Shown: positions 18,744 through 28,961, counted from the first letter of the stretch. The stretch is 64,000 nucleotides of DNA from Alistipes sp. (GCA_017555805.1 JAFZFR010000062.1:315-64314), one strand, 5' to 3'. Translations and numbers: made by a program. The notes: generated by a model from the letters alone, not told the origin.

Positions 18744-18778
18744 CCGAAAAATCGAAAAATAAGTAAAACTAAAATAAA

Positions 18779-21595
18779 ATGCGTATGAAAATGTTTACAA
18801 GACTCTGCCTTGTGACTCTGGTGGCTATGCTCTGCGTTGTCAGCGAGTCATTTGCGCAGCAGAAGGCTTCCTTGGCGGGTAAGGTTATCTCTGCCGAGAC
18901 GAAGCAGGCGGTGGCGTACGCCCTTGTGCAACTCCAGTCATCTGGTTTGCAGGCGGTGACCAACGCCGATGGCGAATTTCAGATTAAGCAGGCTGCTGTG
19001 GGCGACCACAAGATTCTCATCTCGTTCCTGGGCTACGAGAATCTCGAGCAGACAATCACGCTGAAGGGCGGCGAGAATGCCATCACCTTCTCGTTGGTGC
19101 CCGCCAACTTCAAGGTTGAGGATGTTGTGGTGACTGCGACAGCCAGCAAGGCGGGTGCGGCAACCGCATCTACAATCTCGCGTACGGCTATGGACCACAT
19201 CCAGTCATCGTCGCTTGCCGATGTGATGAGTCTCCTGCCAGGTGCTTCGACACCCGACACCCGCACACTCACATTGAGTCAGGCGTCAAGTTTCTCAATC
19301 CGTGGTGGCGCGAGCCTCGGTACTGCCATCATTATGGATGGCTCGCCAATGTCGAACAATGCCAATATGCAGTCGCTCGGCGCGGGCAAGATGCCTTTCG
19401 CAGCCTCTGACGCTCCAGGCTCGGCGGCAATGGCTACTCCAACATCGGGTATTGATATGCGCCAGATTTCTACCGACAACATCGAGTCGGTGGAGGTTAT
19501 CCGCGGTATCGCATCGGTTGAGTATGGCGACATCACCTCGGGTGCAGTTATCGTGAACTCGAAGGCTGGTCGTGCTCCGCTGAATGTGAAACTCACGATG
19601 AACCCTAACCTCTATCAGGTGTCGGCAAACCACGGTTTGCAGTTGGGCGCCGAGGGTAGCAAGGCGGGTGCAATCAACTATAGCGCCGACTACTCTTACT
19701 CGCAGTACAAGCCAACCGAAGGCTACTCTCACTACGAGCGTACCAACGCACAGGTGGGCTACACCAACAACATCGGTAAGTGGTACACCAACTCGACTGT
19801 TTCGATGGGTGTCTATCGCGACAAGGCGAAACCAACCCCAGGCGACGAGAACGACCGCCGCTATGCTTTGCAGAAGGAGGACCGCTTCCGCTTCAACACC
19901 AAGGGAACACTCTCGTTCAACAAGGGCTGGTTCAACAACCTCAAGTATGCCGCTTCGTTCACTGTGACCGACAAAGATAGTTACTTCGAGGACCAGGCTC
20001 TCAACGCCGAGGCATCGTTCTCCAACTCAAAGACAAACGGCGCGGTGACTACCAGCGCAGCGGGTGGCGTGAATGTCGAGGGTGGCAGCAAGATTACCAA
20101 CCCCGATGGCGAGTATGCTATACGCACACCTAACACATACATGTATAATTATAGCGTGCGCGGTAAGGAGATGAACACCTACGCGCAGGTTATCGCAAAC
20201 TTCGCAGGTAGCGTGGGCAACACCTCTCACTTTATCAAGGTGGGTGCTGACTACCGCAACGACGGCAATGTGGGCGAGGGTAAGATTTTCGGTGGCATCC
20301 CAATGCGTACCTCTTCGGACAACCTCTCATCACAGCGCGAGCGCTCTTACGACGACATCCCATTTATGAACACTCTGGGTCTCTTCGCCGAGGAGTCATT
20401 CGTATGGCGAATGGGCGGCCGCAACCTCAATGTGGTGGCTGGTGTGCGTTATGACAATATCTTCGGCTTCGACGATGTTGTTGCGCCTCGTGTGAATGTA
20501 TCGTTCGACATCATCCCCGAGCACCTCACAATCCGTGGTGGCTATGGTGTGACTGCCAAGACCCCTACGCTCGAGATGCTCAACCCACAGGCTGCATACT
20601 TTGACCTGCTGAACTTCAACAACTCGCAGTCGGCAGAGGCTGCTGCATCGCAGAAGTTCCAGGTGGTGACAACCCACGCCTTCGACACCAAGAATGATGA
20701 CCTTGAGATGGCCACAACCCAGAAGGTTGAGTTGGGCGTAGATTTCCAGATTGGTCAGGTGTCGGGTCAGGTGACTGCCTTCAAGGACTCAAGCAACAAC
20801 GGCTATATGTACTCTACCACTCTGGACTCATTCCAGAGCGTTGATATGGTGACTTACGCCGCTGTGGAGTACCCAGCCGACGGCTCAATGCCTACTCTGC
20901 GCGAGGCTTCACGCGAGAAGATTTTGCTCTCTTACCTCAAGCCTACAAACAACGCCGCTTATGAGACGCGCGGTATCGAGGCATCTATCGACTTTGGTCG
21001 TATCGACGCTATCCGCACCCGTTTCATCCTGGATGGCGTATGGTCACGCACCGAGAGTTGGAAGAACGGCTACTCGTTCGACCGTGGTAACTCGGGCAAC
21101 TACTACAACCATATGGGCGTGTTCGACAGCCGCGAGAGTTCTTACTACGAGAATTTTTCTACTAACCTCAAGGCCGTTCACAACATCCCAAGCATCGGCT
21201 TCGTAATCTCGGCTACTGCAAATGTTATCTGGAGCGAGAACTCGTGGATGCAGTACATCAACGATGAGATTGCAGCGAAGTATATCTCTGTAAAGGATGG
21301 TAAGGTCTATGACTTCAACGAGAAGATGTTGGAGCAGGACGAGTTCAAGGTGCTCGATGTACGCGCCGACCTCGACCAGCGCCGTAACATCAAGGATAGT
21401 TATATGTCGCCAATCCTCTGTATGAATGTGAATGTAACGAAGGAGATTAAGGACTTCCTCCGCATCTCGTTCTATGCAAACAACGCATTCCGCAGCACAC
21501 CATTGTGGGAGAGCACCAAGACCCCAGGCTCGTTCAAGCGTCGTAACGACCGCGCCTTCTTCTTCGGTTTGTCACTCTCGGCAACAATTAAATAG
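18779..21595 (+). CDS. TonB-dependent receptor (non-SusC type) with N-terminal carboxypeptidase-regulatory-like domain
   Basis: Signal peptide; ISFLGYE; VEDVVVTA TonB-box-like; plug motif DNIESVEVIRGIASVEYGDITSGAV; beta-barrel strand pattern. Confidence 0.92.
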   Translation: MRMKMFTRLCLVTLVAMLCVVSESFAQQKASLAGKVISAETKQAVAYALVQLQSSGLQAVTNADGEFQIKQAAVGDHKILISFLGYENLEQTITLKGGENAITFSLVPANFKVEDVVVTATASKAGAATASTISRTAMDHIQSSSLADVMSLLPGASTPDTRTLTLSQASSFSIRGGASLGTAIIMDGSPMSNNANMQSLGAGKMPFAASDAPGSAAMATPTSGIDMRQISTDNIESVEVIRGIASVEYGDITSGAVIVNSKAGRAPLNVKLTMNPNLYQVSANHGLQLGAEGSKAGAINYSADYSYSQYKPTEGYSHYERTNAQVGYTNNIGKWYTNSTVSMGVYRDKAKPTPGDENDRRYALQKEDRFRFNTKGTLSFNKGWFNNLKYAASFTVTDKDSYFEDQALNAEASFSNSKTNGAVTTSAAGGVNVEGGSKITNPDGEYAIRTPNTYMYNYSVRGKEMNTYAQVIANFAGSVGNTSHFIKVGADYRNDGNVGEGKIFGGIPMRTSSDNLSSQRERSYDDIPFMNTLGLFAEESFVWRMGGRNLNVVAGVRYDNIFGFDDVVAPRVNVSFDIIPEHLTIRGGYGVTAKTPTLEMLNPQAAYFDLLNFNNSQSAEAAASQKFQVVTTHAFDTKNDDLEMATTQKVELGVDFQIGQVSGQVTAFKDSSNNGYMYSTTLDSFQSVDMVTYAAVEYPADGSMPTLREASREKILLSYLKPTNNAAYETRGIEASIDFGRIDAIRTRFILDGVWSRTESWKNGYSFDRGNSGNYYNHMGVFDSRESSYYENFSTNLKAVHNIPSIGFVISATANVIWSENSWMQYINDEIAAKYISVKDGKVYDFNEKMLEQDEFKVLDVRADLDQRRNIKDSYMSPILCMNVNVTKEIKDFLRISFYANNAFRSTPLWESTKTPGSFKRRNDRAFFFGLSLSATIK

Positions 21596-21611
21596 TTAAA
21601 CGAAAACGATT

Positions 21612-22898
21612 ATGAAAAGATATATATATTACATCGCAACATTTGCGGCGGCTCTCTTCGCTGTGTCGTGCTCCGAGATGATGAACGATGCTCGCGAGGT
21701 GGATGTTGTGGAGAAGATTGAGGTGGCCTACAAGGTCGATATCAACTCTTTCACCGCTGCCGATGGCAACGAGGTCGCTGCTCCCGAGGAGTGGTACGAC
21801 CAGATTAAGGTGACATTCAACAACTTCGCCGAGGGTATTGAGACTGTGGTGGGCGTCGATAAGCAGGGCGTAGCCAAGGTGGAACTTATCCCAGGTATTT
21901 ATAACATTATGGTTTCTACCGATACGAAACCAGAGTATCTTCACCGTAAGTATATCATCAATGGCTTGGCGCAGAATGTGCCTCTCACAGAGGATATTAC
22001 CACAATCGGCAAGGATAATGTCGTGAAGGTAAACCCTTCGATGGATTCTCCACTCTGCTTCCGCGAGTTGTTCTACGCGGGCTCGGAGGGTTGGTACTTC
22101 CGTGACCAGTTCTATGAGGTTTACAACAACGGTGACGAGGTGGTATATCTCGACCACTTCTGTTTGGCGCACCTCGTGCCAGAGTACCCAACAACGGCTC
22201 TGCCAGAGTGGCCAGCAGAGGATGGCGTGGGTAAGTATGCCTATGCCGTAACCTTGTGGCAGATTCAGGGCGATGGCGACGACTACCCATTGGCACCAGG
22301 CGAGTCAATCGTATTTGCACAGGAGGCAGCCAACCACATCGAGATTTCGGGCGGTACATCTGTCGTGAACTCTATCACCGACATCGACTTCGAGTGCTGG
22401 ACCGGTAACCAGCAGCGCATCAACCCAGATATCCCTGATGTGCCTTATGTATTCTATTCGGGTTATATCGTCACTATGATGTGGCTCACATCAGTTGATG
22501 GCTCTGCCTTGGCACTCTACCAGCCACGCCAGAACCTTGAGTTCGGCTCTGACTACTGGCAGGAGGGCGTGACCACATCGGCACAGGTGGGTAGTAGCGG
22601 TCAGCAGTATGCCCGTATTCCTATCGCCGACATCTACGACGCTGTGGAGTGTATCCCAACGCCTAACGATATGGATATGAAGCGCATCCCAGGTTTCCTC
22701 GATTCAGGTGCTGCTTCGGTTAATGGCTACTACAACGGCAAGAGCGTGATGCGTAAGATTGACAGTTACCGCGAGGATGGCACACCAATCTTCCAGGATA
22801 CAAACAACTCGACTGCCGACTTCGAGGTGAGCGACACTCCTACAATCCGTCGCTACGGCGTGAAGCGCCCAGCGTGGGGTGGTAAGGTAACAGAGTAG
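21612..22898 (+). CDS. DUF4876-like surface lipoprotein
   Basis: Lipobox AVSC; ELFYAG...YFRDQFYEVYNN, YPLAPGES, DAVE, DTNNSTADF pattern recalled from DUF4876. Confidence 0.75.
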   Translation: MKRYIYYIATFAAALFAVSCSEMMNDAREVDVVEKIEVAYKVDINSFTAADGNEVAAPEEWYDQIKVTFNNFAEGIETVVGVDKQGVAKVELIPGIYNIMVSTDTKPEYLHRKYIINGLAQNVPLTEDITTIGKDNVVKVNPSMDSPLCFRELFYAGSEGWYFRDQFYEVYNNGDEVVYLDHFCLAHLVPEYPTTALPEWPAEDGVGKYAYAVTLWQIQGDGDDYPLAPGESIVFAQEAANHIEISGGTSVVNSITDIDFECWTGNQQRINPDIPDVPYVFYSGYIVTMMWLTSVDGSALALYQPRQNLEFGSDYWQEGVTTSAQVGSSGQQYARIPIADIYDAVECIPTPNDMDMKRIPGFLDSGAASVNGYYNGKSVMRKIDSYREDGTPIFQDTNNSTADFEVSDTPTIRRYGVKRPAWGGKVTE

Positions 22899-22922
22899 TA
22901 ACCGTAAAAACGATTTAGAATT

Positions 22923-24512
22923 ATGAAAAATATCAGATATAGATTCGCAATGCTCGCTTTTGCGGTGACGCTGCTCGCATCCCCTGCCGTAGCGCAGGAG
23001 GGCAGTTCTCTGCAAAGCATCGAGCGTAAGAAGATGGAGAGCCTCTGGTTCTCGAACAGCGATAATGCCGCTGGTGCGCAACTCGACCAGATAAGCCACT
23101 ACAGCCAGCTCGGCATCAACTACAACTCAACCGAGGGCGACTACAAGCGCACCCAACTCGGAGAGGATAACTTCGGCTACGGCTTCTCTACCGATGGCGG
23201 TGGCGTGATGGAGAACCTGAAGGGTATGTTCCTGTGGGGTTACTTCGACTACTCACGCGAGAAGGTGGGCGATGCAGCGTTCAACGCATCGTTGATTGAC
23301 CCTCTGCGCGGTATGCCTTTCTACATTGCCGACCAGAACTTGAGCAACTGGATTAACCAGAGTTACAAACTCGGTATGAAGGCGGCTACGCCAGTTATGG
23401 GCGACCACTGGATTATCGGTCTGGGCGTAGATTACGAGAACGCACAGGGCGCAAAGCAGATGGACCCTCGTCCAAATGTCCTGATGTCGAAGTTCGAGGT
23501 GGCACCTTCGTTGGTATTCAAGGCGGGCAAGCACTCTGTGGGTGCTAACTTCTCATACTTCTCGCGCCGCGAGGATGGTACAGCCTCAAACTCTGTGAGC
23601 ATCAAGACACAGCCCGTATGGGAGGTGGTTGCTCCTGGCTTTGTGAGCGCTGGCGAGATTGGTAGCGGTACATTGTCGGGTTTGCGCGACTATAACGCCA
23701 ACTCACTCGGCGGTGGCTTGCAGTACGGCTTCGGTGGCGACGAACTCTCGTTGCTCGTTGAGGCGAAGTATGCTTTCGCTGTTGAGGATGTGAACAACAA
23801 CTACACAATGCCAAAGAAGATTGGTACAACGAAGGAGCGCATCTGGGACGCATCGGCTAACCTCAAGTGGTCGATGAACGAGTACAACGCCCTCTTTGCC
23901 AAGGCGCAGTACTACAACCGCAGCCTCGATGGTATCGAGTATGTGCAGGTGTGGGACTCATCGCACGAGGTGGCGCAGTGGGTTGTAATCTCAAAGAGCG
24001 TACGCTCGAACTTTGCTACCCAGCAGATGAACTTCAACCTCGATTATATGAACCACGACGAGGGTAATGCCTATCGTTGGTTGGCGGGCGTGGATGTAAA
24101 CTACGAGAAGATGGACGACATCTACTACCTCCCATTGAGCGAGCAGATGGTGGAGAATATCTCATTCAACGCGCACCTTAAGAAGAACTTTGAGTTCGGC
24201 AAGAATATGATTCTGGTGGGTGTGAATGGCGGCTTGAAGCGTAACCTCGACTCGATGCACAACTACACTGGCAACCACTCGGCAACGATGATTTACACCG
24301 ATATGGTGCTTCGTGACTACTACTTCCTCAAGAGCGACGCCTACAGCGTTGGCGGTGAGATTAGTTACACCCGCAAGGGCATCGTGGGCGAGAACTCGTC
24401 ACTCTTCGTGAAGGCTAACTTCGACCATCAGCACAACTTGCCAGAGAAACCACGCCCTTACGCGTTCAATGGTCGCAGTTGGTTGGTCATTCAGGCTGGT
24501 TTGACATTCTAA
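22923..24512 (+). CDS. Outer-membrane beta-barrel protein (DUF6850-like)
   Basis: Signal peptide; amphipathic strands; DPLRGMPF and GAKQMDPRP motifs; C-terminal AGLTF BAM signal. Confidence 0.75.
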   Translation: MKNIRYRFAMLAFAVTLLASPAVAQEGSSLQSIERKKMESLWFSNSDNAAGAQLDQISHYSQLGINYNSTEGDYKRTQLGEDNFGYGFSTDGGGVMENLKGMFLWGYFDYSREKVGDAAFNASLIDPLRGMPFYIADQNLSNWINQSYKLGMKAATPVMGDHWIIGLGVDYENAQGAKQMDPRPNVLMSKFEVAPSLVFKAGKHSVGANFSYFSRREDGTASNSVSIKTQPVWEVVAPGFVSAGEIGSGTLSGLRDYNANSLGGGLQYGFGGDELSLLVEAKYAFAVEDVNNNYTMPKKIGTTKERIWDASANLKWSMNEYNALFAKAQYYNRSLDGIEYVQVWDSSHEVAQWVVISKSVRSNFATQQMNFNLDYMNHDEGNAYRWLAGVDVNYEKMDDIYYLPLSEQMVENISFNAHLKKNFEFGKNMILVGVNGGLKRNLDSMHNYTGNHSATMIYTDMVLRDYYFLKSDAYSVGGEISYTRKGIVGENSSLFVKANFDHQHNLPEKPRPYAFNGRSWLVIQAGLTF

Positions 24513-24544
24513 ACACTGCTCACAGAGCATAAAGAATATATAAA

Positions 24545-26731
24545 ATGAAAATAAATAGAAGATTTTTCCTGACAATGACGGCTCTCCTTGCGGCGGTGTC
24601 ATTCACCGAGGCGAAGCAGGTCGAGAAGCCTACGGTTGAGGGTTACTCGTCGTTTGCTGTGATTGTCGATAACGCCACTTTCGAGAAGTGCCGCCCAGAG
24701 CTTATGCTCTACAAGGCAACTCTCGAGAGTGAGGGTCTGCCTACCTTCATCGTGGCAGACAACTGGGCTAATCCCGAGCAGGTGCGCGAGGAGCTTAAGA
24801 CCCTTCACAAGGAGCATAAGTTGGAGGGCTGCGTGCTGGTGGGTGATATTCCAATCGCGATGGTGCAGCGTGCCCAGCACCTCACCACAGCCTTCAAGAT
24901 GGACGAGCGCAAGCACCCCGTAGAGGAGGCTTCGGTGCCATCTGACCGCTACTATGATGACTTCGATTTGGTCTTTGACCGTATGGAGGAGCACCCTGCA
25001 CAGGGCCTGATGCACTTCTTCGCGATGAGCCCAACATCTCCGCAGTACATCGAGTGCGACATCTACTCGGCGCGTATCAAGCCACAGGTGAGCAATGGCG
25101 ACCCATACAAGCAGGTGTCGGCATACCTGAAGAAGGCTGTTGCCGAGCATAAGTCGAAGAATGAGTTTGACCAGTTCCTCTCTTACACTGGTCACGGCTC
25201 GCACTCCAACTCGCATGTGGCGTGGCGCAGCGAGCAACAGGTTGTATATGAGCAGTTTGGCGAGCGCTTCAAGCATCGTAACAATGCCCGCTTCAACCGC
25301 TATATGATGGAGCCATATATGAAATATGATTGTATCCGCGAGATGCGTCGCGACGACCTCGACTTTATGATTTATCACCAGCACGGCGACTACTATCGTA
25401 TGTATATCTCTGGCGACCCACAGACATCTTCTGTTGATGAGCATATCGAGCAGATGGAGGTGCGCCTCCGCTCGCTCTACCAGCGCAGTCCCGCAATGGC
25501 ACACAAGAGCGCCGAGCAGTGGGGTCTGGACTCTGTGTGGTACACCAACGCCGCCGAGCCAGCGATGATTGAGAAGGATTCACTGCTCGACCTTAAGCAG
25601 GGCATCATCCTCGAGGAGATTAACGACATCCGCTCAAATGTGCGAATGATTTTCTTCGACGCCTGCTTCAATGGCGATTTCCGCAACGATGACTACATCG
25701 CAGGTAAGTTCATCTTCTCGGAGGGTAAGACCGTTGTCGGCTGGGCAAACAGCGTGAATGTGTTGCAGGATAAGACCTCTTATGACTTGATGGGACTGTT
25801 GGGCTATGGCGCACGCATCGGTGTGTGGGCAAAGCATATCAACATCCTCGAGTCGCACATCCACGGTGACCCAACCATCGCCTTCTACTCGCCAGAGTGT
25901 GAGAAGTACGATATCAACCGCAATGCGCTGAACAGCGACCCAAAGTATTGGGTTGAGCAACTCTCTCATCCGCTTGCCGATATGCAGTCGCTGGCGATGA
26001 CCCGTCTGATGGAACTCGACTACGAGGGCGTGTCGGACATCCTCTTGCAGAAGTATATGCAGTCACCTTACGCCGTGGTGCGTAGCACTGCGATGCGTCT
26101 GTCGGAGCGTCTGGATGATGAGAACTACAAGCAGATTCTTTTGAAGGCGTGGAGCGATGAGTATGAGTTCATTCGCCGCATCGCCGTTACCCGTATGGGT
26201 CAGGTGGGTGATGATGATTTCATCCCTCTGCTCATCGAGTCTTACATCAAGGATAACAACTCTATCCGCGTGATGTTCCAGACCACATTCTCTCTGGCGT
26301 CGTTCGACCGCGACAAGGTGTTGGCGGCCATCGAGAAGCGCTTTGAGAAGGCCTCGTTCCACAATGCCGAGCGTTACAAGGAGGAGATTTTGCGCTATGT
26401 AGATCAGAGAACTGCCGACAATGGCGAGCCATCGGCCCTGTTCAACATCTCCAACAGAGAGGATACCCGCTGGCGTCCATTCTACATCTCGGCACAGAAG
26501 AACCACCCTTACCACCAGTTCACCGACACCTTCTGTAAGATTCTCGCCGACGAGAGCGAGAGCGAGAAAATTCGCGTGCTGATGGCCGAGGCACTGGCTT
26601 GGTTTAACATCTCGGTGAACAAGGAGCAGATTGCCGCTACCTGCAAGCAGTTGCTTGACAAGGGCGGTATGTCGGAGGAACTCACCCGCGAGGTGACACG
26701 CGCCTATTCACGCTTAACATCTAAAAAGTAA
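24545..26731 (+). CDS. Secreted peptidase C25 (gingipain)-like protein with C-terminal HEAT-like repeats, paralogue 1
   Basis: Signal peptide; VLVGDIP, SDRYY, DIYSARI, YHQHG, FFDACFNG, HGDP, then helical repeats (DEYEFIRRIAVTRMG, IRVLMAEALAW). Confidence 0.7.
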   Translation: MKINRRFFLTMTALLAAVSFTEAKQVEKPTVEGYSSFAVIVDNATFEKCRPELMLYKATLESEGLPTFIVADNWANPEQVREELKTLHKEHKLEGCVLVGDIPIAMVQRAQHLTTAFKMDERKHPVEEASVPSDRYYDDFDLVFDRMEEHPAQGLMHFFAMSPTSPQYIECDIYSARIKPQVSNGDPYKQVSAYLKKAVAEHKSKNEFDQFLSYTGHGSHSNSHVAWRSEQQVVYEQFGERFKHRNNARFNRYMMEPYMKYDCIREMRRDDLDFMIYHQHGDYYRMYISGDPQTSSVDEHIEQMEVRLRSLYQRSPAMAHKSAEQWGLDSVWYTNAAEPAMIEKDSLLDLKQGIILEEINDIRSNVRMIFFDACFNGDFRNDDYIAGKFIFSEGKTVVGWANSVNVLQDKTSYDLMGLLGYGARIGVWAKHINILESHIHGDPTIAFYSPECEKYDINRNALNSDPKYWVEQLSHPLADMQSLAMTRLMELDYEGVSDILLQKYMQSPYAVVRSTAMRLSERLDDENYKQILLKAWSDEYEFIRRIAVTRMGQVGDDDFIPLLIESYIKDNNSIRVMFQTTFSLASFDRDKVLAAIEKRFEKASFHNAERYKEEILRYVDQRTADNGEPSALFNISNREDTRWRPFYISAQKNHPYHQFTDTFCKILADESESEKIRVLMAEALAWFNISVNKEQIAATCKQLLDKGGMSEELTREVTRAYSRLTSKK

Positions 26732-26738
26732 GTAAGTT

Positions 26739-28961
26739 ATGAGAAAGATATTTTTAGCCATAACACTCTCTCTTGCGGTGGTGGCGTCGGCCGTAGCCAA
26801 GTCAAAGGCAATCATCGAGGAGCCCCAGCAGAAGCAGCCCACTTCGTTTGCCATTGTGACCGACAGCAAGACCTACGAGAATTGCCGACTGGAGATTAAC
26901 GCCTACCGCGCGGCTCTGGGTCGTGATGGTCTGGCGGCATATATCATCCGCGGCGAGTGGACCTCACCCGAGGAGATTCGCGAGGAGTTGAAGAACTTGT
27001 ATAAGAAGAACCTCAAGAAGATGCCTCTGGAGGGTGTCGTATTCATCGGTGATGTACCTTATGTGAGCGTGCAGAACGCCCAGCATATGACCACCGCCTT
27101 CAAGATGAACGAGCAGCGCTTCCCAATCGACGAGGCGTCGGTGACCTCTGACCGCTTCTATGATGATTTGAACCTCGAGTTCGAGTTCATCAAGCGCGAC
27201 TCGCTCAACTCACTGCGTTACTACTACAAACTCGCCGAGGGCTCTGCCCAGCGACTCAACCCATCGTTCTACTCGGGTCGTATCATCTACCCCGAGCAGA
27301 TGGGTGGCGACAAGTATAAGGAGATTAGCCGTTATCTGCGTAAGGTAGTTGCGGAGCGTCGTCGTAATGAGCGCCTCGACCACCTTGTGACCTATGCGGG
27401 TGCGGCCTATAACTCTGACTGCCTGGTGGCGTGGATGGATGAGCGCGTGGCTGTCGAGGAGATGTTCCCACAGGTCGTAGCGCGCAACGACATCGCCGCC
27501 CTCACACAACTCAACTTCCGTATGCGTAACGCCAAGGCGCAGGTCATCGACCAGATTGAGCGCCGCGAGGTGGATGTGATGATTTTCAACGAGCACGGCT
27601 CGCCCGACAAGCAGCATCTGGATGGCTCTGACCCTATCGAGGGCTTTGAGCGTCGCGCCGAGGCTCTGCGTGATGAGGTCTATTACTACCTCCGCCGCGA
27701 GCAGCGCAAGGAGAATGGTGATGTGCCAGGCGCAAAGGCATATTTCAAGGAGAAGTACCGCCTCACAGACAAGTTCTTTGAGGAGTTCGATAACCCAACA
27801 CCAAAGACAGAGGAGAACATCGACGACCTTGTTTTGGCAGAGATTAATGAACTCGCGCCACAGCCTCGCTTTGTGATTTTTAACGCCTGCTACAACGGCT
27901 CGTTCCATCAGGAGGGCTATGTGGCTGGTAGTTATATCTTCGGTCGCGGTCGCACCGTAGTGGCGCAGGGTAATACTGTGAATGTGTTGCAGGACAGATG
28001 GACTTACGAGATGCTTGGCCTTATCTCAAATGGTGTGCGCGTGGGTCAGTACAACCGTATGGTTGCCACTCTGGAGGGTCACATCATCGGCGACCCAGCA
28101 TTCCGCTTCCAACCAGTTGATGACAACAACCTCCGCTCGGAGATTGTGACCAACGCCCTTGTTGGCAAGCGCGCTAACAATGCAGAGTGCATCCGCTACT
28201 GGGAGAACCTGCTCGATGCGCCAAATGCTGATGTGCAGAGCCTCGCTCTTCGCACTCTGGCGGAGGCGGGCAGACTCTCGGCAGAGGAGTTGCTCGATAA
28301 ATATCGCACTTGCCTCTATGCCACTACCCGTATGGAGTGCCTGAAGTTACTCTCTGGATTCGGTGGCGAGTGCCCAGAGTTCGTTGCGGCTGTGGGTGAG
28401 GCGCTGAACGATAGTTATGAGTTGGTGCGCCGTAATGCGGCTCGCTACGCTTCGATGGTTGGCTCAAAGGAGTTGCTTGACGAGTGCGTCGAGGCTGCGT
28501 TGAACCGCCCAGAGGATAAGCGTGTGGGCTTTATCCTTAACTCTATGTGGCAGGTGATGCCTATTGACGAGGTGGATGCCGTAGTTGAGAAGGCTGTTGC
28601 TGCGTCACACTACCCAGTGAAGGAGTATCTTGACAACTTCTGCAAGGGCATTGCGCGTATGCAGCGTATGCAGACTTCGGAGATTGAGGATGCCTTCAAT
28701 GGCGAGTTGTCGGCTGCCAAGCGCATCAGCGCGTTGCGTGGCTTCCGCAATACGCAGTACCACCACGCAGTGCCACAGATGTTGGCTCTCGTTAGCGACG
28801 ATAACGCCCCCGCAGAGGTGCGCGTTGTGGCTGCCGAGGCGTTGGGATGGTTTAACCTCTCTTGCCGAAAGTCGGAGATTGTCGAGGGCTTGAAGTCAAT
28901 TACGCCTTCTGATGCCGAGGTGGCAAAGGAGATTAAGCAGACATTGATTCGTTTGCAATAA
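26739..28961 (+). CDS. Secreted peptidase C25 (gingipain)-like protein with C-terminal HEAT-like repeats, paralogue 2
   Basis: Signal peptide; VFIGDVP, SDRFY, FYSGRI, FNEHG, IFNACYNG, IGDP; helical repeats (DSYELVRRNAA, VRVVAAEALGW); collinear with paralogue 1. Confidence 0.7.
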   Translation: MRKIFLAITLSLAVVASAVAKSKAIIEEPQQKQPTSFAIVTDSKTYENCRLEINAYRAALGRDGLAAYIIRGEWTSPEEIREELKNLYKKNLKKMPLEGVVFIGDVPYVSVQNAQHMTTAFKMNEQRFPIDEASVTSDRFYDDLNLEFEFIKRDSLNSLRYYYKLAEGSAQRLNPSFYSGRIIYPEQMGGDKYKEISRYLRKVVAERRRNERLDHLVTYAGAAYNSDCLVAWMDERVAVEEMFPQVVARNDIAALTQLNFRMRNAKAQVIDQIERREVDVMIFNEHGSPDKQHLDGSDPIEGFERRAEALRDEVYYYLRREQRKENGDVPGAKAYFKEKYRLTDKFFEEFDNPTPKTEENIDDLVLAEINELAPQPRFVIFNACYNGSFHQEGYVAGSYIFGRGRTVVAQGNTVNVLQDRWTYEMLGLISNGVRVGQYNRMVATLEGHIIGDPAFRFQPVDDNNLRSEIVTNALVGKRANNAECIRYWENLLDAPNADVQSLALRTLAEAGRLSAEELLDKYRTCLYATTRMECLKLLSGFGGECPEFVAAVGEALNDSYELVRRNAARYASMVGSKELLDECVEAALNRPEDKRVGFILNSMWQVMPIDEVDAVVEKAVAASHYPVKEYLDNFCKGIARMQRMQTSEIEDAFNGELSAAKRISALRGFRNTQYHHAVPQMLALVSDDNAPAEVRVVAAEALGWFNLSCRKSEIVEGLKSITPSDAEVAKEIKQTLIRLQ

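Noticed and set aside
18650-18778. Cobalamin riboswitch / BtuB assignment for the TonB receptor
   Set aside because: No GGGAA...GCCACTG B12-box pattern, and the region is too short.
18779-22898. SusC/SusD polysaccharide utilisation locus
   Set aside because: The receptor lacks SusC signatures, the lipoprotein lacks SusD/TPR motifs, and there are no CAZymes in the operon.
25184-25201. YTGHGS in paralogue 1 as the catalytic His motif (identical to RgpB YTGHGS)
   Set aside because: Paralogue 2 has YAGAAY there, while a later HG is conserved in both; the later His is the better candidate, pending a structural model.
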